From the NCBI GenBank assembly GCA_963775465.1, contig CAVZIW010000008.1, forward strand, positions 82,746-146,745: a stretch of 64,000 bases of DNA, given 5' to 3'. Shown here piece by piece: positions 48,344 through 59,582 of the stretch. The DNA comes from Candidatus Bathyarchaeota archaeon (GTDB lineage: Archaea; Thermoproteota; Bathyarchaeia; Bathyarchaeales; Bathycorpusculaceae). The translations under genes and the position numbers were made by a program. The notes beneath the pieces are model-generated. The model was not told the origin of the DNA. It did no database searches and worked only from the letters and a program-made list of their open reading frames with translations. Numbering within the stretch: position 1 is the stretch's first letter; each line of letters starts with the position of its first letter.

Positions 48344-49306
48344 TCAATTTGATACGATTCCGCCATTTTCTTCTTTAAGACCCCGTCCTGTAAAGTATAT
48401 GAAAACGTCGTCTAATGTGGGTTTTTTAAGGTTGATGCCAGATACGTCGATTTTCTCGTTTCGAATTGTCTCCATTATTTTAGGTATGAAGTGAGCGCCT
48501 TCTGCTTTGAGATCAACTAGTAAACCTTTGGAGAAAAATCGAACATTAGTCACTTCAGGCAGTTTTTTGATTAGTCTTATTGATTTCTCATCGTTGGCGG
48601 TTTCCAGATAGACCATGTCTCTGCCTAAAGAATTCTTCAATTGTTCGGATGTTCCGTTTGTGATTATTTTTCCTTTATCCATAATGCATATTTCGTCGCT
48701 TAGTTGATCTGCCTCTTCCATGTAATGTGTCGTAAGAAAAATTGTGACACCTTCTTCGTTTACTTTTTTTATATAATGCCAAATCTTCATCCGTGAGTGA
48801 GGGTCAAGACCAATTGTGGGTTCATCTAGAAAGAGAATGTTTGGTCGAGTCATTAGTCCTCTGGCAATTTCTAAGCGACGTTTCATGCCGCCGCTCAGGT
48901 TCTTTACAAATTCATTTCTCTTGTCGGTTAACTCAACTATCTGCAATAATTCATCGATACGTGCTTTGCGTGGGTTTTTTGGAATAGAGTATAATCTCCC
49001 ATGAAACTCGAGTGTTTCCCATACTTTGAGGTTCCAGTCAAGGGTTTCTCTTTGGAATACTATGCCCAAGCAACGTCTGACTTCATCTGGCTGCTGTTTA
49101 ATGTCAAAACCTGATATTGTAATCTTTCCAATTTGAACTGGCAGCAGAGTTGTTAGTATGTTAATTGTAGTTGTTTTTCCCGCACCGTTAGGTCCAAGAA
49201 ATGAGAAAATCTGCCCCTTCTTAACACTAAAACTGATATTGTCAACTGCGTTGAGTTTACCATAATTGTAACAGAGTCCTTCAACTGTTATAATCGGTTC
49301 TGCCAT
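48344..49306 (-). CDS. ABC exporter ATPase (DrrA-like)
   Basis: GPNGAGKTT, LSGGMKRRLEIAR, LDEPTIGLDP, TTHYMEEA and PTLDDVF motifs. Confidence 0.93.
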   Translation of the reverse strand: MAEPIITVEGLCYNYGKLNAVDNISFSVKKGQIFSFLGPNGAGKTTTINILTTLLPVQIGKITISGFDIKQQPDEVRRCLGIVFQRETLDWNLKVWETLEFHGRLYSIPKNPRKARIDELLQIVELTDKRNEFVKNLSGGMKRRLEIARGLMTRPNILFLDEPTIGLDPHSRMKIWHYIKKVNEEGVTIFLTTHYMEEADQLSDEICIMDKGKIITNGTSEQLKNSLGRDMVYLETANDEKSIRLIKKLPEVTNVRFFSKGLLVDLKAEGAHFIPKIMETIRNEKIDVSGINLKKPTLDDVFIYFTGRGLKEENGGIVSN

Positions 49307-49353
49307 TCTCAATCGATATTCCAGTTTTTTCTGAGTCTTATTTATTCAAATAC

Positions 49354-50613
49354 TTACTCAAAAAACTCCCACGCAATATTAAATCTCCATGGGTCACCTT
49401 TTTCAGTTAGTTCGATTTTACCTTCTTCCACTTTGATTAATCCATTGCGTTTGAGTTTATCAATAGCTTCTGGAAACGCTTCTTCTGGAAACTTTCCGAA
49501 CTGAGCTTTGAATTCCTCCCGATCTACTGGAACGCGCACATAAATCAGCATCATAGCTGTCCTCATTTCGTCTTCCCGAGTTAGCTTTGTAAGCTTAGAA
49601 ATTGGTATCCCTCCAATCTCAACCTTTGCGATATATTCATTAACGTTTTCAATATCCGAGTAAAGGTATGGTCCTAACCTTCCCATAAAGAAACCTGCAC
49701 CCGTTCCAATGACTTCTGAGGAAGGTTTGTTAAAATCTTCTTTAAGTCTCGAAAATCTATTATGGCATGTTGGAGCGTAACCGTTTTCCTTGAAGAAACG
49801 GTAAGCTTCAAGATACATTTCAAGCTCTTTTTCATCACCATTTGCTGGAGCAAGTTCTCCTGTGGCAATTTTTTTTGCTAATGGCGTGCCGGGATACAAT
49901 TCTAAAGGATAGCAATCAACACTTTCTAGATCTAACTCAATCGCTTGCTCTAAGTCCTGTTTCCATTGTTCCGTAGATTGCCCTGGCAGATTGTAAAGCA
50001 AGTCAATGCTAACGTGTAGCCCATTGTTTTTGATTTCTTTTAGTTTCTGCTTTGCGTTTACTCCGCTATCACGAAGCTTGAGAATTTTGCGAAAAGTTTC
50101 ATCAAAAGTTTGTATACCTATGTCTAGTTGATCAACCGAATTTGAGGAAAATAGTTTAATCTTTTCTTGGGTAAGATTATTAGTGCATGCGGTAAACTTT
50201 GTAGTCGCATCGGATGCAAAGCTGAACGCTTTTCTACAAAATCCAAGAATTTCTTTAATTTGTTCTTTAGAAAGAACCGATGGGCTTCCTCCACCTACGT
50301 AAAACTCACTGAAAGTGCTTGACTTAACATACGTACTTTTTGCGTAAAAGCTCAATGCTTTTTTTAGAGCTTCAATATATAAACCTGAATTTTGCTTGTC
50401 GCAGTTTACAGGAAAATAACAAAAAGTGCATCTACCGTCGCAGAATGGAATCCAGGGCTGCAATTCCATGTTATGTTTGGATTTATTTTCTGTTTCAAGA
50501 AAGCCAACAAAGTCCTTATTCGCCTCAGAGTCGACGTTTAAGCGGTCTCTATATGTCATTGGAGGCCAATGTTCGAGTTTATCATATCCGTTATTGTGGC
50601 TTTCAAGCTGCAT
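49354..50613 (-). CDS. HemN/class C radical SAM family protein
   Basis: IPFCDGRCTFCYF, YVGGGSPS, IGIQTF and IDLLYNLPGQ motifs; C-terminal LTEKG. Confidence 0.88.
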   Translation of the reverse strand: MQLESHNNGYDKLEHWPPMTYRDRLNVDSEANKDFVGFLETENKSKHNMELQPWIPFCDGRCTFCYFPVNCDKQNSGLYIEALKKALSFYAKSTYVKSSTFSEFYVGGGSPSVLSKEQIKEILGFCRKAFSFASDATTKFTACTNNLTQEKIKLFSSNSVDQLDIGIQTFDETFRKILKLRDSGVNAKQKLKEIKNNGLHVSIDLLYNLPGQSTEQWKQDLEQAIELDLESVDCYPLELYPGTPLAKKIATGELAPANGDEKELEMYLEAYRFFKENGYAPTCHNRFSRLKEDFNKPSSEVIGTGAGFFMGRLGPYLYSDIENVNEYIAKVEIGGIPISKLTKLTREDEMRTAMMLIYVRVPVDREEFKAQFGKFPEEAFPEAIDKLKRNGLIKVEEGKIELTEKGDPWRFNIAWEFFE

Positions 50614-51144
50614 GGATGGTCAACTGCTAAGAACGGGTTTCAATCCTTTTAAAGTTAACCTATTTCTCGATTTTTTTCTCATAATTATCATGTGTGTGTT
50701 GCTCACAAAAGGCTTTTTTAATTATTCTGATTTATAAAAACAGAATTTGTCCAAACAATTAGTGATGATAAAAAGCTAATCGTAATTATATTCGGGTGGG
50801 TCTATTATGGTTTCCCAAAACTTCAAATGAATTCGCTCTCTCTGACATTTAAATCGTTTCCCACAACCCCCGCAATCCCATGTTTAGGCTTCTGTAACTT
50901 TTTGAACCCTCTCTCCTTATTTCCGAGGTCTCCAAAAAGCAAATTAAAACGTCTGGGAAGTTCTGGTTATTTTCATGAGAGCTCTAGACTTTTTAATAAT
51001 AAGAGTGAGCTTTTTTTCTAATATTTTCAAGCTTCAACAGACCTGCATACCTTCAAAAAGCTAGAAGTTCTCACATTTTTCGACAACTTTGTTTATTCTC
51101 CATTAGAATTTAGCCATTTGATTCACTTTCTCCTAGGGAAAACC

Positions 51145-51158
51145 TGTCAATATTGACA
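51145..51158. promoter_or_regulatory. Perfect 14-bp palindrome TGTCAATATTGACA (putative operator)
   Basis: Self-complementary, intergenic, just upstream of an RBS/ATG remnant on the minus strand. Confidence 0.45.
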
Positions 51159-51221
51159 TCCAAACTCCAAAACTCTTGACCTGAATCAAATGTAGATCTA
51201 TCTGTGCCTATACTCTTGTCT

Positions 51222-52304
51222 TTAAAGGTGTCTCTGCAAAATCCATTTCTTTTTTCTAAAATAAAATAGCATCCCAACCGTTATTATAACCATAGATAGC
51301 AAGACTAGTGGATACCCCCAAGTAAACTTGAGTTCCGGCATGTATGAAAAGTTCATCCCATATATTCCTGCAATTAACGTCAAAGGTATGAATATTGTAG
51401 CGATTATAGTTAGCACTTTCATTACTTCATTCATTCTGTTGCTAACGCTAGACAGGTAAATGTCTAACATACCTGATAGTGTATCGCGAAATGTTTCTAT
51501 TGAATCAATTACTTGAATTGTGTGGTCATATACATCTCTCAGATAAATGTCCATGTTTTCTTTGATTAGTCCTGACTCACATCTCTCTAAACTATTAACC
51601 AGTTCTCTTAAGGGCCAAACAGACTTCCTTAGGGATATACTCTGCCGCTTTAAGTTATGTATAGTCTGTACAGTCACAGGTTGAGGATTAGCAATTAGTT
51701 GATCCTCAATTTCTTCGATTTTTTCCCCCATCTTCTCAAGAAGCGCAAAATAGTTGTCGACCACTGCATCAATTAAAGTGTAAACCAAATAATCAGCGCC
51801 CATTTTTCTGATTTTTCCTTTATCGTTTCTTAACCTTTCTCTAATGTGGTCAAAAACATCCCCCTCTTTTTCCTGGAATGATATTACCCAGTTTGAACCT
51901 AAAATTAGACTGAGTTGTTCGGAAACTATTTCGTTTTCCTGTTGATTATATTGAAGCATTCTTAACACAATATAGATGTAATTCTCAAAGTCTTCCATTT
52001 TTGGGCGCTGTTCGGTGTTAGCAATATCTTCCAGGGTTAGCGGGTGAAGATTGAACTGTTTTCCGATTTTTTCAATGATATCTACTCTCTGGAGTCCATC
52101 GATATTTATCCATGTAATGCCCGGTTTATTCGTGAAGCTGAGTATTTCTTCAATCTCTTTAGGTTCTTTTTCTTCAAAATGTGACTCGTTATACTTGGTT
52201 ATTCTGAGTCTTGTTTTTTCTGTTTTCTGTTTTCCAACGTAGACAATAGTTCCCGGAGGCAGACCAGCTTTCTTAGCACCGCCTCTAGGTATGTGAAGAT
52301 TCAT
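51222..52304 (-). CDS. corA: Magnesium/cobalt transporter CorA
   Basis: GLPPGT, HPLTLEDI, QRPK and YGMNF..MPEL motifs. Confidence 0.96.
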   Translation of the reverse strand: MNLHIPRGGAKKAGLPPGTIVYVGKQKTEKTRLRITKYNESHFEEKEPKEIEEILSFTNKPGITWINIDGLQRVDIIEKIGKQFNLHPLTLEDIANTEQRPKMEDFENYIYIVLRMLQYNQQENEIVSEQLSLILGSNWVISFQEKEGDVFDHIRERLRNDKGKIRKMGADYLVYTLIDAVVDNYFALLEKMGEKIEEIEDQLIANPQPVTVQTIHNLKRQSISLRKSVWPLRELVNSLERCESGLIKENMDIYLRDVYDHTIQVIDSIETFRDTLSGMLDIYLSSVSNRMNEVMKVLTIIATIFIPLTLIAGIYGMNFSYMPELKFTWGYPLVLLSMVIITVGMLFYFRKKKWILQRHL

Positions 52305-52411
52305 GTTCCTTTTAATTCGAAGCAAGACTCATATAAGGTTTCCATTGAGTCATTGCTTTGCAATAATCTTTATTTTCGCTGACTACTCAGAATTATTTGT
52401 GCTGATAGAAG

Positions 52412-53032
52412 ATGAATGAAGAAAGTAAGTTGTGTCTTGTTTCCTGCAGTGTGTTGAGAGAAGAGCTTGAAAAATTGGTCAAAGAGGGTGGCTTGGATGC
52501 TGAATTGGTTTTTGTCAGCAAATTCTTTCATGTTGATTATGCTGAGTTAGAAAAGAATTTGCGCAGAGTTTTAGGACATACCCTCAAACGTTTCAGTGGT
52601 CAAGTAATCCTTGTGTATGGTGATTTATGTCTCGGGCAAGATAACGAGATAAAAAAACTAGCCCAGGAATACGGAGTGGCAAAAGTTGATGCCCTCAACT
52701 GCATTGATTGTCAGCTTGGAGGAAAAGGAAAATTCTTGGAAGCTGACAAAGAGCATAATTTGATGTTTATGGGTCCTGGTATGATTGGATTCTTTAAAGG
52801 TATGAAAGAAAAAATGATCAAAGACGGTGTTGATGAGGAAACGTTCGCAAACATGTTCAGTGGCATCAAAGGTTTTGTGCTCTTAGACACATGTGGAGAC
52901 GGCGACAAATGGCGAGTGGAGCTTGAAAAGTTAGGAATTGGCTTAGAGGTAATTGAAACAAGAAAAATAGGATTAGAGAATATTAAACAAGTTGTTTTGG
53001 ATGCACTTGAACATTCGCATCGAATCAACTGA
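52412..53032 (+). CDS. DUF1638 domain protein
   Basis: LVSCSVLREE, FHV, LVYGDLC and NCIDCQLG motifs. Confidence 0.8.
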   Translation: MNEESKLCLVSCSVLREELEKLVKEGGLDAELVFVSKFFHVDYAELEKNLRRVLGHTLKRFSGQVILVYGDLCLGQDNEIKKLAQEYGVAKVDALNCIDCQLGGKGKFLEADKEHNLMFMGPGMIGFFKGMKEKMIKDGVDEETFANMFSGIKGFVLLDTCGDGDKWRVELEKLGIGLEVIETRKIGLENIKQVVLDALEHSHRIN

Positions 53033-53150
53033 CTCTTTTTGTATCTGAAACTTGACGGTTTGATTTTTTATGCCCTTTTAAAATAACCATAAATGTTAAT
53101 GAGCCACCCACACCATACTGCTTACCATATCTTTGGTGGATGTGCACAAA

Positions 53151-56100
53151 ATGACCCAACCCTTTGCCTCAACACCTATGAAACGTGTCGAAGATTGGAA
53201 AGCTCGACTTATTGACCTTTCAAGAAAAAACAACCTTTTGTACTTCCACAAATCTAAACGCGGAAACCTCACTATAACCCAGCCTGAACCGCAAAAAATC
53301 TTCAATGTTCTTGTCTTAAAGAAAAAACACCTTGAATTCTGGTTACCCCCACAAGAAGTAAATTTAGGCGAGTCAGAGAAACCCAAAGCCGAAAGCAAAA
53401 CCAACGCAGAAATTGACAGGATAGAGTTCAGATCGACGAGAATTGACAGTAAACTCGGGGTAACCGAGAAACCGAAACTTCCCTTACCTAACCAGCTTGT
53501 CAGCGAAAAACTAACCCGTATTGAACTCGAACGTAATCTTAAATGCTTAGAACGTCGTTCGCTGCTTGATTACCGTGAACGCGGCGTCCGTATTCTTCAT
53601 GCAGCTTTTGGCACCCTCAAATGGGTTGATCCTGAAACCAATGAAAACGTTCAATCCCCTCTGATTCTCGTACCTTTAGAATTAGGAAGGGAAACAATAC
53701 GTGCACCTTACCGTATTGCTATGCCGCCCGTTGAGGATGAAGTTGTTTTAAATCCTGCATTACAAGTCAAATTAAAAGCCGATTTTAAAGTTGATTTACC
53801 TGCTTTGCCTGAAGAGTGGGAAGAACAAAAACTCGTTGATTATTTCAATCTTGTAAACCAGCATGTAGAGAAGATGGGGTGGAAGGTTGAAGCATCGGTT
53901 GATTTGGGGCTTTTTTCCTTCCAAAAACTTGTAATCTACAAGGACTTAGAGACCAACGCTGAAATGGTAACTCAGCATCCCATAATTCGCGCAATTTCAG
54001 GTATCAAGGAAAATGACCTCCTTCTAAGTGAATTGCCAGACGAAAAGGATGTGGACAAAATTGAGGTGCCGGAAAAAACATTTCAAGTTCTCGATGCCGA
54101 TAGCAGTCAGCGCGTAAGCATTGAATACGCTCTTCGTGGGCAAAGTTTTGTCATGAAAGGGCCACCTGGTACGGGAAAAAGCCAAACGATTGCAAATATT
54201 ATCGCCGAAAGCATAGCTAACGGTAAAAGCGTACTTTTTGTAAGCGATAAAATGGCGGCGCTAGAGATCGTTTATAAGCGTTTGAACGAGGTTGGGTTGG
54301 CGCATTTCTGTCTTGAACTCCACAGCAGCAAAGCAAATAAACAGCAGGTGGTAGCGGAACTTAAACGTAGCTTAGATGAGAATCTTGTTCCACGTAGATT
54401 GCCCTCTGAGCATGATTTTGAATGCATGACTGAGTATCGTGAGGCGCTAAACGGCTACGTTACCGCGCTTCATGAAAAGCGTCCATTTTTGAAAAGAAGT
54501 GCTTACGAAGTTTTAAGTATCGTATCCAGCCTTGAACATGTTCCTTTCATACCAGTCGGATTAGTAGAGCTATCTACTCTCACACCTCAAAAAATGCGTG
54601 AGCTAGAAGAACTCATTTCTCAATTAAGTAAGGTTTGGCAAGTTATCGAGGAACCCGATTTTCCATGGTTTGGCTTCAAAGGCGAGAAGTATAACCTTGA
54701 AATTCGAAGTGAACTTCTTACTGCTCTCGAAAACATCGACAAAATCCTCTCTGACTTAGAGTCGGAATCAGAATCTTTTTCAGCCAAACTAGGCATTTCT
54801 ACACCAAAAACTTTTGCAAAAATTAATTGGTTACTTGATATTAGCAAACTACTTGATGAGAGTTCGAAACCAGAAGTACACTGGTTATTGTCCTCTGGCA
54901 TAGAAAAATTGCTAACTGAAGCTCAAACTTACGACGAAGACAGTAACTGGATTAAAACTACGCGCATAAATCTAATGGAACGCTACAACCCAACGTTATT
55001 CAACTTGGCATTAAATAAATCAACTGAAATCCAACAATTAATTACGTTACTTTGCAAGACGCTTCCCGCAGTTAATTTAGAAGAAAGCGATTTTCTCTGC
55101 AAATCTTGAAAAATTTCAATTATTCGCTAAAAATACGCAGATTTTTGCAAAGAAATGGCGTGAAAACTCTCAGGCACTTGCAACACTACTTGGCTTAGAT
55201 TATAGTGAAATCACAATTATGCAATTAAAACAGCTTTCCAGAATGGCAATGTTGATTTTTGCTGAAGATAAGCCTGAGCCTCAATGGTTTGACTCTAAAT
55301 ACTTAAAGCAGGTTCAAGAAACGGTTGAAAATGCAAAGCAGCTGTACCAGGACTATAACCTGCTAAAAAGTCGATTAGATGAAACCTACAGCGAAGAAAT
55401 CTACGAACTAAACCTTGAAGAACTCACAGCAAATTACAGCGGACCGTACAAGAGCAGCTTGAAGATCTTCAATTCCAACTACCGCAACGACCAAAAGAAA
55501 ATTGCCCAACTTACTTTAGACGGCAAAGTCCCACGTACCGTACTCCAAGATTTAATCGATGCCAAAAAAGTTAAAAAACTCCAGGATAGAATCGAAAAGA
55601 ACGCCGAAACTGTGCAAGTACTACTTGGTCATTATTACAGTAAAACTCGAACTGACTTCCAAGGCGCTGAAAAAGCAATCGCTTTAGCCATAGAAATCAA
55701 AAAATTATTGTGGGCGACAACTATTCCTGAGGTTCTCATAAAACTTCTCACAACCTCCACAAGCCCTTCACCCATGATTAAAAACTTAGGATTAGAACTT
55801 CAAGACTCTATCGGAAAGTGGGAGCAGTTAAGCAAAGAAGTAGAACAGCTCTTGCCGGGAAAAATTCCCAAATCTGAAGAACCTATAACTCAAACTACAT
55901 TGCAAGATCTAGAGGATTGGGCTAACGAAGTCGAAAAATATCTTAACTCTATATGCAACCAAACAAAAGAAGTCCTAGCAACCAGCAAAATGGAACCCCA
56001 AAATTACAGGCAGTTACTGCAGGATCTCAAAAGCGCTGAAGACATCCGCAAAAAGGAGGCTCACATTGTAGGTGAAAAAGTCCAGCTTCAAGAAAAATTT

Positions 56101-58821
56101 GGCAGTCGCTTCAAAGAGTTAGAAACTGATTGGCAAGACATTGTTTTCGTGTTGCAATGGTGTAAAAAAGTGAAAGCTGAGTTCAACGATCTGCCCATGC
56201 CGCAAGTCTTCGCAGATATCGCAGCTAAAGGACCGACCGCTGCACCAGCCAAAATAGAAATAGTCCAAAAAAATGAAGCTGCTTTGAAATCCTTAGAAGA
56301 CTTTGAGTACCGTTTCGACGGAAAATTAGAGTATAAGAACACGCTGCTCAAAGACTTTGAAATCCAAATAATCAAGGAACGCATACGCGATCTTCGCCAG
56401 CGAGTTGACGAATTACAAATTTGGATAGATTTTAAGGATATCAAAAATCTCTTCGCTCTCCGAGGTTTAGATGATTTCTTCAATCGTATTGTTGAACAAA
56501 AGCTTTCAGCGAAAGATTTGTTGTCTATTTTCAGACATGGAGTCTACCAAGAATGGCTAAACAACCTCTACAATGAAGACGAAAAACTCGGCAGATTCAG
56601 AAGAGAAAACCATGAACAGCTAATCTCTGATTTCCGAAAACTTGACCGCGATTTAATCCAGCTTACCTCGAGTATGGTTATCGAAGCAGCAAACAGTAGA
56701 AAACCCCAGGATATTCTTATTCAAGCCGCTGATACGGAAGCGGGTATTCTTTCAAAGGAAGCTGCCAAAAAACGGCATCTAATGCCTATTCGAGTGCTTT
56801 TTCAAAAGATTCCTAACTTGCTATTGAAGCTTAAACCTTGCTTACTAATGAGTCCTATTTCAGTGAGCCAGTTTTTGCCGTCGGATGCCAAATTCGATTT
56901 GGTTCTTTTCGATGAGGCTTCGCAGATTGTTCCAGAAGACGCTATTGGAGCAATTTACCGCGGAAAAACTTCAGTGGTCGCAGGCGACAATAAACAGTTG
57001 CCCCCAACCTCTTTCTTCCAGAAAAGCTTGCTTGACGATTTCGATTGGGATGATTTAAACGATAATGATATTGAAGTCTTCGATAGTATCTTAGATGAGT
57101 GCCTAGGTATTGGGCTTCCCGTCAAAACGTTGCGATGGCATTATCGTAGCAGACATGAAGACCTAATCGCTTTCTCCAACCATCGTTTCTATGATGACAC
57201 TTTGATAACTTTCCCCTCTGCCAAATGCCAAACAGATAGCTTGGGGGTAAAACTAGTTCATGTTCCAGAAGGTGTCTACGATCGGGGAGGCACTAGAAGC
57301 AACCTTAGAGAAGCAGAAAAAGTAGCCGATTTAGTTTTTGAGCACTTTAAGAGATATCCAAAAAAAACCCTTGGCATAGTTACTTTTAGCGTCGCACAAA
57401 TGGAAACTATTGCAGATGCAATTGATCGCCGCCTTAAAGAGCGACCTGAATTTGACCATTTTTTCAAAGAAGATCGTTTGGGCGGTTTCTTCATTAAGAA
57501 TCTTGAAAATGTTCAAGGTGACGAACGCGACGTCATTTTCTTTAGCGTGGGGTACGGATTTGATCATCATGGACAGATAACGATGCATTTTGGGCCTCTC
57601 AACAAACCAGGAGGCGAACGACGTCTAAACGTGGCTGTTACGCGTGCTCGAGAAAAAGTGGTGCTTATCACCTCCATTAAATCTTCTGACATTGATCCCG
57701 ATACCAAGGCTTCAGGGATTCAAACATTACGTGCCTACCTTTATTATGCAGAGAATGAACCAGAAGCTATGCAACCTTATTCTTCAGTTGACGAATTCGA
57801 TTCAGCAATAGATAAAGACGTTTCAGATGAAATCAAGAAACTCGGATATCAGATTGTTCCACAAGTTGGCTGTAGCGGTTTCAAAATTGACATCGGTGTA
57901 GTTGATCCCGTTAATCAAGGATGCTTCCTACTGGGAGTAGAGTGCGACGGTACAACTTATAAATCTAGCAGCAGTGCCCGAGACCGTGACCGCCTCCGTG
58001 AACAAGTTCTACGAGAACTGGGTTGGACTATTCACCGTATTTGGTCACCAACCTGGGTGGCAAGACGCGACAGCGAAATCCGACGCCTCAAAGAAGCGCT
58101 TGAGCAAGCCCAAAAACAGCAGATAGAGCAGGAAATCCAGCAACCTCAAATTTATTGCGAAGATGAGTCAACAACAGAAATGGATGTACATAAAAACAAT
58201 TTTGCCGGCATTGAAAAAATAGGGGTGCCCTACAAAATCCACCCCCTTAAAGCAACTTATAATCCTTACATTAAAGCAATCACAACAGAAAGCACCAATG
58301 AAACAAAAGTAAAAAACGCGTTTTATTTTCCAGAAAACCGAGAAAACCAAACCAAATTACTTGCTGAACTAGTCCAAAACGAAGGACCAGTACATATTGA
58401 CTACGCTGTTAAACGCTTAGCAAAATCATGGGGAATAAAACAGGTCAATCCAAAAATCTCACATGCAGTCAAAGAAGCCTTAAACAACCTGATCAGAGAA
58501 CAAAAAGTAGTTATCAAAGGTAGCTTTCTGTGGCCACCTGAACTAGGCGAAACACCCGTTCGAGTTCCGCAAAAAGGTGTTCCAGAATCCAAACGCAAAC
58601 CCCAATACATCGCTCCTGAAGAAGTTGAATCTGCCATGAGAATCATCGCTCAACATGCCTTTGGCATTAGTAAGGACTCACTGGTTTCAGAAACTGCTCG
58701 AGTGTTTGGCATAACCTATAGGGGTAAAGATGCAAAACAAATATTCACAGAAGTGCTAGACCGGCTGATTAGGGAACGAAAACTCGTTTGCAAAAACAAC
58801 GGTACAGTTAACGTCGCTTAG
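53151..58821 (+). CDS. DUF4011 - SF1 (Upf1/DNA2-like) helicase - Vsr-like nuclease - DUF3320 protein (Hhe-like), frameshift at ~55095
   Basis: WKARLIDLSRKNNLL; DADSSQ; GPPGTGKSQTIAN; FDEASQ; GDNKQLPP; LRWHYRS; VQGDERD; RRLNVAVTRA; FKIDIGV..GVECDG..RDRLREQVLRELGWTIHRIWS; EGPVH. The frame from 55105 is open into the 55219 ORF. Confidence 0.88.
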
Positions 58822-59498
58822 TTCGCATTTATTTTTTTTATTAGTATTGGTAGATCTGTCAGAGCTGTTATGATGTAATTTGCGCCGCTAGAAGAGAGTT
58901 GTTCTTTTGTTGAGATACCGTTTGGTAGTCCTACGGCGATTGCTTTAAGATCTTTTGAGCTTTGCATATCCACCACACTATCACCCACAATTACAGTATT
59001 TTCTGGAAGTGCATCTAGAGCTTTGAGTGCTAATTCACATTGTTCGGTATTGGGTTTAACGTATTTGACTTTGTCCCGTGAAACTATTACTCCGAAAGAT
59101 TCCTCAATTTTGAAGCGGTGAAGAATATATTTTGTTGCTTTTTCTCCGCTTGTCGTGCACAATCCTATTTTTAGTTTCATTCTTTTGAGTTCCTGTAATG
59201 TTTCGATAGCGCCAGTTAATAGGCTTGTTGAGGCTGCAGCTTCTGTTTCATATTTTTCAGCGATGCTTAATGTTTGGGCTCGAACTTCTTTGAATGCTTC
59301 ATTTGACTTCGACTTGTTTTTAACATAGATTTCTGTCTTTTTTAGCATCTCAAAGATGTTTTCGTTAACGTCAAGTACTGATCCGGGAACTCCCGCTCGC
59401 ATTAGATAGCTTCTTACTTCTGCCCTCAACGATTTATAATCAAGGTTAAAATGGGCAAGCGTTCCGTCTAAATCGAATATTACAGCTTCAATGGGCAT
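58818..59498 (-). CDS. HAD-superfamily hydrolase (phosphoglycolate phosphatase-like)
   Basis: FDLDGTL, KP and VGDSVVD motifs. Confidence 0.92.
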   Translation of the reverse strand: MPIEAVIFDLDGTLAHFNLDYKSLRAEVRSYLMRAGVPGSVLDVNENIFEMLKKTEIYVKNKSKSNEAFKEVRAQTLSIAEKYETEAAASTSLLTGAIETLQELKRMKLKIGLCTTSGEKATKYILHRFKIEESFGVIVSRDKVKYVKPNTEQCELALKALDALPENTVIVGDSVVDMQSSKDLKAIAVGLPNGISTKEQLSSSGANYIITALTDLPILIKKINAN

Positions 59499-59582
59499 GG
59501 CTTTTAGCTCCGCTCTTCTCTTTGGCTGGGGTTAAAGCAGTCCTAACAGAAATATACTTTGCGGTAACCCAAAACTCAACTT

